Shown piece after piece: positions 26,450 through 36,489 of a DNA stretch of 64,000 nucleotides; positions within the stretch are counted from its first letter, which is position 1, and every line of letters starts with the position of its first letter. The stretch is from Lama glama (taxonomy: Eukaryota), in assembly GCA_028534125.1 (NCBI GenBank), contig CM052816.1, positions 77,812,001-77,876,000 on the forward strand, read 5' to 3'. Position numbers and translations under genes: made by a program. The notes beneath the pieces are model-generated. The model made no database searches. It was not told the DNA's origin and saw nothing but the letters and a program-made list of their open reading frames with translations.

Positions 26450-26765
26450 CCATTACAGGTCAGTTGTGGGCTCTGGTCTGTATCATCCTTGATCTGGGAC
26501 CCAGATGGGTCTGCCACCCTTTGGAGCCTTGCCAGTCACTGGGGCAGAAGGAACATGGGACTGTACTTCAATTTAAAAAGAAGAAGAAGAAGAAACATGG
26601 GAAACCGTATACTGGCTCTTAAAGCTTCCACCTAAAAGGGACACATGGCCCTTCCACTTGTCACATGGCCAAACAAACCACAAGGGAGCAGGAAAGTACC
26701 ACTCCACCACGTGCCTGCAAGGAGATTTGGGAATGTGTGGTAACAGCACTGACCATTACCACCAG
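26450..26765 (-). mobile_element. MLT1K-like MaLR LTR fragment
   Basis: 'ctggctcttaaagcttcc...gtcacatggcc...caagggagcaggaaagtac...aacagcactgaccattaccac'. Confidence 0.65.
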
Positions 26766-27397
26766 ACCTCCCTGCTCACCCACAGGGCTGACAGATACTC
26801 CTCAAGCCCAGTGAGCTGTCCAGCCTTGTCTAGATCAGATCACCAGCCACTAACCCCCACGTCCCCAGCTCCTCATGGGTCTCCATCAGATGCACCTCAA
26901 CCTTCCTTCTCTAGTCAGCTCTCTGTTTCTCTGCCTTTCCTATATCTCTCACACTCAGAAATAACCTTCCAAAGTTGATGCTGGAATTTTACCATGGAAG
27001 CCCGCTTTACACAAGCAGCGTCTGCTAAAGAGGAGGATTATTTCCTCAAAAGTTTACTGATCCAATGCCCTGCCTCCTCACTGCAAACCACTAAAGACCA
27101 GTGGCTGTCTGCCCTAATATTTAAAGTATCCATCTGTTTCTAAGCAAAACACAGTTAAAGACAGGAGAGAACTCTTATGGTAAAATATAACATGTAAATA
27201 AAACAATGTTCCACAATACAGAATAATCACAATTTTGTGAAATAAAATATTCATGAGCATAACTTTTAATGGGTCTAAAAACGCTTCAAAATGATAGATT
27301 GTTTCTGGAACATAAAAGGAGAATTGACTGACACTGTCTTGTTTTCAAAATAGGAATGTGTGTGTGTTCTTTTAACTAGGAAAACTTTTTAAAAGGT

Positions 27398-27546
27398 TTC
27401 TTTTTATTGAGGTATAGTCAGTTTACAATGTTGTGTCAATTTCTGGTGTACAGCACAATTCTTCAATCATACATGAATATACGTGTACTCATTTTCATAT
27501 TCTTTTTCACCATAAGCTACTACAAGATATTGAATATATTTCCCTG
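27398..27546 (-). mobile_element. Short L1 3' terminus (camelid-type)
   Basis: 'tttattgaggtatagtcagtttacaatgttgtgtcaatttctggtgtacagca', close to the 3' end of the L1 at 2079. Confidence 0.9.
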
Positions 27547-28359
27547 GGTAAAGTCTCCATGGATGGAGATGTTTCATCCTTTCATCACTTTTTAATCAGT
27601 CTTATAGACAAGACTCTTCCCTTACATCTCATTAAAATCCTTTTTACAATGCTACAAATCTAGTTCACTCTGTCTGGGTAAGCAAGGGAAGAAAAAATGT
27701 GGGAATGGGGTTAAGAGAGGTAAGATGTTTTCTTAGACTACCGGAACCACTCTAGAAGATTAGCTAAAATAATTGTCTCAATTCCCCACTCCTTTTGTGA
27801 CTACACAGAGCCCATCCAGAGGAAGTCTTCAGCCCCCTTCTCCCTGATGGACTAATGTCACCCTTCTGGACACCTGGAGACGGGGCAGGGTCACAGGTCG
27901 GCAGACAGTGTAAAGAGTAACCCTGCCCCTTGAGAAGGCACTTCTCTCGCAAGCCTAGGCACCATCACAGGTCAAGTCACACCAGGTCAAGCCAGGACTT
28001 CTGCACACAGCACTCTGGATTTATCCCATCAGCCCTGTGTCCTCGGTCTGGGCAGGGAGCATGGCTAGCAAAACTGTGCAGGGGAACAGATCTGTGCTGG
28101 TTTTAATACAAGGATGGATCATGTATGGTTGAAAGATGGTGTGTGATCCTCACCAGAGGTTTACCAGGATCAGACGGCACAAGAGACAACAGCATATATG
28201 TGCAATTACTATATGCTCTGGGATAGTTATCTTTTCTAAACTTATTTAGGAAAATAAGCCCTCTAGTCCCACTCACTTCCTATGTCCACAAAGAGGGGAG
28301 GGGGCACAAGGAAAGACAGCTGGCAAAAAGGGCAGGGGACACACTGGTTTATAATGAGT

Positions 28360-28850
28360 GTGAGCCAACACTTACTGAGCAATTACTATGTGCCCAATTG
28401 TTTCTACATATTATCTCCATCTCCCAGCAATCCCACACAGCAGGGATTATGATAACACACAGGATGGATAAGGAAACAAAAGTTCTACAAGTTTAAGTGC
28501 AATAGTGGAGCATAGTGGTTAAGACCATGGACCCCAGAGACAGACTGCACGGATCTGAATCCTGGTTCTGTCATTTACTAAGGAGTCCGACCTTGGCATG
28601 TTATATAGCTTCTTTGTGCCTCAGTGTCCCCATTGGCAAAATGAAGGCAATACCTGTACCTTTCTCACCAGATGATTTTGAGGACCAAATGAAGTACTCT
28701 ATGCAAAGGGCTTAGAAACTGTACCTGGCCCATGACAAAAGCTGTCAAAGGTTAACTCTTATGACGATGTCATTTTCCCAGGGTCACACAGTCAGAAAGT
28801 GGCAGTGCCAAGGTTTGAAGGCCAGCAGTATCTCTCCTGAGCCCCCGCAC
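28360..28850. mobile_element. Near full-length + strand MIR (about 28500-28765) inserted into a - strand MIR
   Basis: Inner copy has tRNA-like head 'gcatagtggttaagacc'; outer copy resumes at 'cccagggtcacacagtcagaaagtggcag'. Confidence 0.8.
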
Positions 28851-29609
28851 CTGAAATCTACCCCTCTGGGCAGCACGGCCTAGCTAGCCCGGGAAGGGCA
28901 GCCTCCCTCAGCTGGCCCCTGTAACGCTCCCAAAGGCACCCTGTTTGGAATTTAAAGCTGCCCTCTGGGCAGAATTTAAACAAATAGTATATTTTCAACA
29001 ATTCTGCTTTCACACAATATCTAAAACAAATAGATGCCAAAGTTTTAAGTCATCAGTGTGTCACCAACCCAGCAAAAGTTGGGAAGCATCTTTGTGAGGA
29101 AGGAAAGAAACACAGAGACTCAGTCTAGGCTCCCTCCCTCCCAAGCCAAACACCTCACAGGGGAGCTGACTCCCCACCCCGGGCCCCTCTCCACTGGTTC
29201 TGGTTCCAGTGTCCAGCTCCAGGCACACTTCCGTGGGCACAGCCTGGCCATCCCTCTAACACTGTCCGCTGTCCTTCAGGCAGCCCCAAGGAGCTACAGA
29301 TACATTAAATCTGCAGAATCCCTGGATTTCAAGTCTCACCTTGCATTTTAATAAATGTCCACATTGGAAGTTTAGTTTAAGGGGGAAAAGTCAATCCTTC
29401 CAGCTGACACTAAAGCCAAAGAAAGGAAGAACAGGGTCTATGCACACCAGCCCAGACAAGAACTTCCTTTCTTCCTTTGCTGGGGCTAAACTCAGAGGCC
29501 TGATTACCGCCATCCACATTCCAAGCATCTTAACAATTTCAGCACTGCCCCAACCACACACGGAGCAAAAGTGTCTCCCTTGGGACCTCTATTGCACCTC
29601 CCAAAGGAG

Positions 29610-29785
29610 AGCAGAATTTGAGATTAAGTCTTGAATCCATCTGTTTGTTGCCAGCTGTATGGCCTGGGGCAAACCAGGCCAGTTTCTTCATCCGTAAAGT
29701 GGGGATGATCACACCCCCTCGTGGTACTGTTGGGAGGAATAACTGAAGGCACAGAGTAGCAGAAAGGGCTCTCAGAATTGTCTGT
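29610..29785 (+). mobile_element. MIR
   Basis: 'cagtttcttcatccgtaaagtggggatgat'. Confidence 0.65.
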
Positions 29786-29831
29786 AGTCCAGCCCCTGCA
29801 GAAGTAGGGTTGGGGCCCTTGGTATTAGTCA

Positions 29832-30354
29832 TGTTATTAAAGTTTCCATATTTTACAACGCCTTGATATCTTGAGGACCTGGCTGGCTGGGGAGAGACTG
29901 CCCCCACCCCAGGGTTAGCTAGTTCCTAGAGACAGCAAAAAACTTACCTCTGAATATGTCTTTCACATGCAAACCAACCAATCCAGAGCCCACGTCTTCC
30001 ACCACCTCCTTTATCTAATTCACGCACACTAAGCCAATCCTTTCTCTGCCCTAAATCACTCCAGGGCCAAGTACTGGACAACTCAAGAGCACCCCTATAG
30101 CCCAGAGTCTGTCAACATTATTCAAACTAGCCAATCCTAAAATATTTATCCCTCCCTGCCATTCCTTTCCTGCAAGCTTTCCCCTTGTTCCTTCTGCCCT
30201 CTGACCAACCCTGGTGCTTCCCATGTGACCCTGCATGGAGTGGCATGTCTCCTTTTCTTGAAAAATGTAACTAATAAATTCTTCTTTCAATGGCATTGAC
30301 CGCTCTGTGTCATCAGTCACCTCTAGAAATAATATCCCTGGTACAATCAAAACA
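29832..30354 (+). mobile_element. MER74-like ERVL solo LTR
   Basis: 'agttcctagagacagcaaa...catgcaaaccaaccaatccagagccc...attattcaaactagccaatcctaa'; TG..CA ends; AATAAA at 30273. Confidence 0.8.
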
Positions 30355-30400
30355 CCCTTGCTTTCCAGACTCTTACTACTCACCATCAAACCTCGGGAAT

Positions 30401-30955
30401 TGCACAGCAGCACTATTTACAATAGCCAAAATATGGAAACAACCTAAAAGTCCATTGATAGATGACTGGAAAAAAAGTTGTGGGATGCATATATATATAT
30501 GGATACTACTCAACCATAAAAAAGAATAAAATAATGCCATTTGCAGCAACATGGAAGAACCTGGAGATTGTCGTACTAATTGAAGTTAAGCAAGAAAGAA
30601 AAAGAAAAATACCATATAATATCACTTATACGTGGAATCTAAAAAAAAAAATGACACAAAGGAACTATTTACAAAACAGAAAGAGGCGCACAGACATAGA
30701 AAACAAACTATGGTTGCTGGGGTTGTGAGAGGAAGAAGGGAGGGAGGGATAAATTGAGAGTTCAGCATTTGTAGATATTAACTACTGTGTATAAAATAGA
30801 TAAACAACAAAGTCCTACTGTATAGCACAGGGCACTATAATACTCTATAATGAAAAAGAGCATGAAAAAGAATATATACATACAAGTATAACTAAAATAC
30901 TATGTACACCAGAAATCAACACATTGTAAATCAACTATACATCAATTTTAAAAAG
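30401..30955 (+). mobile_element. L1 3' end (camelid-type)
   Basis: ORF2 end motifs AALFTIAK..WKQPK and KIMPFAATW, followed by the cetartiodactyl L1 3' UTR. Confidence 0.93.
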
Positions 30956-31185
30956 TAACAAAACTCAGGAACCAAATAACTTTCTGTTCAAACTAGGATC
31001 CAGGTAAATTTGATTGAAAGGATACTTGTCTTATGGATTCTGAGTTTTTCATACTCTCAACATCAAAGATGCTAGATGCTGTCGGTGACCAGCAGCTGTT
31101 TCCCAAAAGAGGGAACACAAGCTAGATGAGCCAACAGCTACAAATGTGTTAAGACCTCTGCTAGAAAAGTATATAAAAGCCTGAA

Positions 31186-31644
31186 TGGCTGCACTAAACC
31201 ACATTCCCACAACGGTGTAGGAGAGTCCCCTTTTCTCCACACCCTCTCCAGCATTTGTTGTTTATGGACGTTTTGACGATGGCCATTCTAACTAGTGTGA
31301 GGTGATATCTCATTGCAGTTTTGATTTGCATTTCTCTGATAATTAGCAATATCGAGCCTTTTTTCATGTGCCTATTAGCCATTTGTATATCTTCACTGGA
31401 GAATTGCTTGTTTACGTCTTCTGCCCATTTTTGGATTGGGTTCTTTGTTTTTCTATTATTAAGTTGTATGAGCTGCTTATATACTTTAGGAATTAAACCT
31501 CTGTCAGTTGTATCATTGGCAAATATTTTCTCCCATTCTATAGGTTATCATTTTGTTTTGCTTATGATTTCCTTCGCTATTCAAAAGCTTATAAGGTTAA
31601 TTAAGTCCCATTTGTTTACTTTTGCTTTTATTTCTATTGCCTGG
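31186..31644 (-). mobile_element. Internal L1 ORF2 C-terminal fragment without its own 3' end
   Basis: [43 protein letters not shown]; homologous to about 2773-3237. Confidence 0.93.
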
Positions 31645-31776
31645 GTAAACAAAATAACTATAAATGACAATAAAGAAATCACTTCCAAGAGAGTAAATGT
31701 CTTTTAGAGTTGATTACATTTGGTTTCATGAATATTTTTACTTAACTTTCCTGGTCTTTAGATTAGTGAGTTCATA

Positions 31777-31925
31777 GGGAACTATATTCAATTTCTTGTA
31801 ATAGCATATAATAGAAAAGAATCTGAAAATAAAAAATACATATGTATGTATATGTATAAATGAATCACTTTGCTGTATACCTGAAATTAACATTGTAAAT
31901 CAACTACACTTCAATAAAAAAAAAA
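31777..31925 (+). mobile_element. Short L1 3' terminus with poly(A)
   Basis: 'agggaactatattcaat...gaatcactttgctgtatacctgaaattaacattgtaaatcaactacacttcaataaaaa'. Confidence 0.9.
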
Positions 31926-32462
31926 GCCCTGCTCTTTCCCTCCAAAAATCTATCTATCTATATATATAGTACATATATAAAGAGAGAGACAGTAGGTAGT
32001 ACATGAAAAATACCAAATGAATGTTATATACTATCAAAGTTCAGAGTAGCAAGAAAGCACCAATGATACAAATAAAAGTCAATGGAGAGTTAAGCACAAC
32101 AGCTTAAAGGAAGTGAGAATGTTCTGGTCTAAGTCCAAATCTGAGGTTCAGTCCCGTGGTTTTCCTGCACCGGTTGCGGGGGGGAGACCCCCCCCCCAAT
32201 CCACAGTCACTGGCATTCAGCCTCTTTGCCTCTGAGGCTACTGTAGCCTCGGTCTTGGAAGTGCTCTCTGGCCTGAGGAACCAGCCCTTTAGCTGTGGCT
32301 GTTCCCTCAATGGGCCACAGTGTCGCCCATGCTTCTGTGAGGCTCTGAGCATGTCTTTATCCCACCATGGGTCCACTTCAACACATCACCTAATAGCTGC
32401 CTGAGTATCCAGCTGACGCATTCTTGAGGGACTGTGTTTCTGAGAATGCGGTAATAAGGCTG

Positions 32463-32618
32463 GAGTCTGGGCCATGTGACTGTGCCTTGTCATTGATCAT
32501 CAGTTCAAGTTCACAAAGGCCACAGAGAAAACTGGTCCAGGAGTCTGGGCCATGTGACTGTGCCTTGTCATTGATCATCAGTTCAAGTTCACAAAGGCCA
32601 CAGAGAAAACTGGTCCAG
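32463..32618. repeat. Perfect 78-bp tandem duplication (2 copies)
   Basis: 32463-32540 equals 32541-32618; ORF track shows ESGPCDCALSLIISSSSQRPQRKLVQ twice. Confidence 0.97.
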
Positions 32619-32919
32619 AAGTCAGCCGTGCCAACCAGAGCTGGGCACAGCAAGCAGTGCTCTGGGTTAGCTCTCATTCTGGACCGCTGATGGGATTTTT
32701 GGTGAATGTACAGCATGTGATTAGCCTTTCCTCAAGAACTGGAAAGTATCTGACTAATTCTCCATTTCCCATTAGATGCTAAAAACATGTTCCTAATTTT
32801 GTTTACTTACTTACTTGTTTAGTTGTTTTTAACAAGGCTCATGGCAGGAATGTCTGCTTTGAAAAGAACCTCTCAGCAGGCAGCGTGTTCTCCATTTATC
32901 ACATCTAAGGTTGCAGGAG

Positions 32920-34040
32920 ATGGAATAAGTGTGGGCTTCAGAATCAGATCTGCTTGGGTTTGATGGCTGGTTCTGCCTCTCTCCAGCTGTGTGGCACTAA
33001 ACAAGTCACTGAACCCCTCTGAGCCTCTTTCCTTTTCAGTTATATGGTAATAGTCATACCCACATCACAGGATTGTTGTGAAAATCAAATGAAATGACAT
33101 GGGTATCATTAAAAAGTCCACAAACACTAGATGCTGGAGAGGGTGTGGAAAAAAGGAAACCCTCCTATACTGTTGGTGGGAATGTAGTTTGGTGCAGCCA
33201 TTATGGAAAACAGTATAGAGATTCCTTAAAAAACTAAAAATAGACTTACCATATGATCCAGCAATCTCACTCCTGGGGGAAAGCTCTAACTCAAAAAGAA
33301 GAAAGCTCTAATTTGAAAAGACACATGCACCCCAATGTCCATAGCAGCACTATTTACAATAGCCAAGACAAGGAAACAACCTAAATGTCCTTTGACAGAT
33401 GACTGGATAAAGAAGTTGTGGTATATTTATACAATGGAATACTACTCAGGCATTAAAAAGAATAAAATAATGCCATTTGCAGCAACATGGATGGACCTGG
33501 AGATTGTCATTTTAAGTGAAGTAAGCCAGAAGGAGAAATAAAAACACCATATGATATCATTTATAGGTGGAATTAAAAAAAAAAAGAAAAAGACACAAAT
33601 GAACTTATTTACAAAACAGAAACAGACTCCAGACAGAAAGCAAACTTATGGTTACGGTGGTAATGGGAGATTGGGTGTAAAGGGATAAATTGGGAGTTTG
33701 AGATTTGCAGATACTAACTACTATATATAAAGCAGATAAACAGTGAGTTGCTACTGTATAGCACAGGGAACTATATTCAATATCCTGTAGTAACCTATAA
33801 TGAAAAAGAATGTGAAAAGGAATATATGTATGTATATGTATATATGACTGAAACATTATGCTGTACACCAGAAATTGCTACAACATTGTAAACTAACTAT
33901 ACTTCTATTTTTAAAAATGGAAAAAATGTGAAATCAGTTTCTCAAGCAATGTCTATATTCCTTAAGGAATAAAGCACAAAAAAGAGAAATAACATGGGTA
34001 ACATCCTTAGCACAGAGCCATGTACACTGCAAAAAATATT
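32920..34040 (+). mobile_element. MIR split by an L1 insertion
   Basis: MIR core at 32920-33105; tail resumes at 34001 with 'acatccttagcacagagcc'. Confidence 0.75.
33106..33985 (+). mobile_element. 5'-truncated L1 with TSD and probable short 3' transduction
   Basis: ORF2 end (MSIAALFTIAKT..KLWYIYTMEYY) plus 3' UTR; TSD gaaatgacatgggta (33091-33105) / gaaataacatgggta (33986-34000). Confidence 0.93.
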
Positions 34041-34176
34041 AAGCTTCTCAGCCTAGAACTAGCTAACAAATGTTTTTAAGTGCCTACCTTCTAAAAAGGA
34101 TGTAATGATATGGTCCTTGACCTCAAAGATATGGTAAACTGATGTTAAGAGATAGAGTAATGGCTGTGATGAAAAT

Positions 34177-34571
34177 GTACCAGTTTGGATAGATCAGGTT
34201 ATGCTGCACTAACAAATAACCCCAACATCTCAGTGGCTTAAAACAACAAAGGTTTATTTCTCGCTTATATTATGTCTATCATGAGCAGGGAGAGGAACTC
34301 TGCTCTACTCCACCCTCATTCAGACACACAGGCTAACAGAGACTCCACTATATGGAATGTAACTGGTTGTCTTGGCAGAGGCCGGTGCCGATGGAGAATT
34401 GTACTCCAGCTCTGAAACATAATGAAGCTGAAGCACAACTGCATTCACACGTCGTTGGCCAGAGAGAGTCACCTGGCTATACAGTTTCAGAGGGACTGGG
34501 AAGTGTAATCCTCCTGAAGGCTCCAAAGTAGAGTAGAACCAGAGACTGATGAAAGTACTCATTCCTTCTAC
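34177..34571 (-). mobile_element. MLT1J/K-like MaLR solo LTR
   Basis: 'ggttatgctgcactaacaaataaccccaacatctcagtggcttaaaacaacaaaggtttatttctc'. Confidence 0.82.
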
Positions 34572-35458
34572 AGAAGGTATACAATGAGCGATGAGGTCAT
34601 AAAGAAAGGAAAGCCTAAGGTGGCCGTGAGTTCCCAGAAGAGCCTCTGTCAGGAAGATAACTCTTGTGATGAAACTTTAGAAATGAATCACAACTTGACA
34701 GACAGGCAATGGAACAGGAGCTGTCCCAGATAGAGAGACCAGCAATGGCTTAGAGGCCTGAGAGAGTATGATGCTCTTTGGGGATGAGTTATTCAGTATT
34801 AACAGGAAAATAAACAGTGACTTGGGAAGAAGCAGGAACTGAGATTGGACCAGTGCCAGATCACGTCGTGATAAGGAGTTCACAGAGTTTATCATGCAGG
34901 TGTTGGGGGGACAGACCGAAGCATTGGAAGGTCCTGAGCAATGGAGTGCCAGGATCAGATTTATTTTTTCATTTTTTCAGTCAACAGGTATTTACTGAGT
35001 GCCAAATAAGAGCAAAGCATTGTGCAAAAAGTTGGGGATAAATTGGTTAACAGAGACAAAGTTCCTGCCCTCCTGGAGTGCAAGTGCCAATGTCAGAGAA
35101 GGCACTGTGACAGCCGTACGGGGAATGGATTAGAGGGCGTTGCTTGCAATAAGAAGCAGAGGAAACAGGGAGGAGGTTATTGAAATAACCGAGATGAGTA
35201 ATAACATGGACTACAGCAGGAAGAGTGAAGAGCTGGGGACAAATGAGAGACACTGAAAGAAACAACAGGACAATGTTATGTAAGAGTAAAGAAGTGGGAG
35301 GAGTTAAGAATGACATTGTTTTCCTGCTTGGACAACTAGATGAGTGTCAATGCCGTTCACCAAGGCTGGGAACTCAGAGGAAGAACAGGTTTGAAAGAGG
35401 TGATTAGTTTTGTCATGGGTGTGTTGATTTTAAGGTGGTTTTTCCCCACAGGAATTTT

Positions 35459-36362
35459 TTTTATTTTATTTTTTCCCCATTTTTTAATTGGAGTATAGTT
35501 GATTTACAATAACTGAAGTACAGTTGTATTAGTTTCTGGCACACAGCATAGTGACTCAGTTATACATATACATACATATTCTTTTTTTATTACAAGTTAC
35601 TACAAGCCATTGAATATAGTTCCCTGTGCTATACAGTAGGACCCTGTTGTTTATTTATTCTGTACATAGTAGTTTGTATCTGACAATCCCAAACTCCCAG
35701 TTTATCCCTCCCTCTCCCCACCCCTTGGTAACCATAAGTTTGTTTTCTATGTCTGTGAGTCTCTTTCTGTTTTGTAAATAAGTTCATTTGTGTAATTTCC
35801 TTAGAATCCATATGTAAGTCATATCGTATAATATTTGTCTTTCTCCATCTGACTTACTTCACTTAGTATGAGAATCTCTAGGTCTAGCCATGTTGCTGCC
35901 AATGACTATTTCATTACTTTTTATGACTGAGTAGTATTCCACTGTATATAGATATCACATTTCTTTATTCATTTATCTGTCAAAGGACATTTAGGTTGTT
36001 TCCGTATCTTGGCTACTGTAAAAAGTGCTGCTATGAACGTTGGGGTGCATGTATATTTTCAAATTAGAGTTTTCTCCGGATATATGCCCAGGACTGGGAT
36101 TGCTGGATCATATGGTTACTCTATTTCTAGTTTTTTAAAGAACTTCCATACTGTTCTCCATAGTGGCTGCACCAATTTGCATTCCCACCAACAGTGTAGT
36201 AGGGTCCCTTTTTTCCCACACCCTCTCCAGCATGTACTTATTTGCAGACTATTTGATGATGGCCATTCTGATTGGTGTGAGGTGATACCCCACTGTAGTT
36301 TTGATTTGCATTTTTCTAATGATTATTGATGTTGAGCATCTTTTCATGTGCCTGTTGGCCAT
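35459..36362 (-). mobile_element. 5'-truncated L1 (cetartiodactyl-type) with TSD
   Basis: Poly-T, 3' UTR and ORF2 end; TSD ccacaggaatttt (35446-35458 / 36366-36378). Confidence 0.93.
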
Positions 36363-36489
36363 TTTCCACAGGAATTTTGGTGTGTCTAGAACTCAAGAGA
36401 TGGCTACACACTGAAACAAACAAACTATATATATTTGGGGATAAACAGAAGGGAGCAGAAACAATGGGTGAGAATCTAGACTGATGGCA

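Noticed and set aside
31170..31935. Twin-primed 5'-inverted L1 (31186-31644 plus tail 31777-31925) with weak TSD aaaagcc(c)tg
   Set aside because: Needs about 540 bp deleted plus about 130 bp of foreign filler, and the tail looks like a different 3' UTR variant. Kept only as an alternative to the inversion model.
32463..32618. Repeat pair (and the 39-bp units at 60008-60096) as a CRISPR-like array
   Set aside because: Only 2-3 abutting units with no unique spacers, no cas genes, and a mammalian context.
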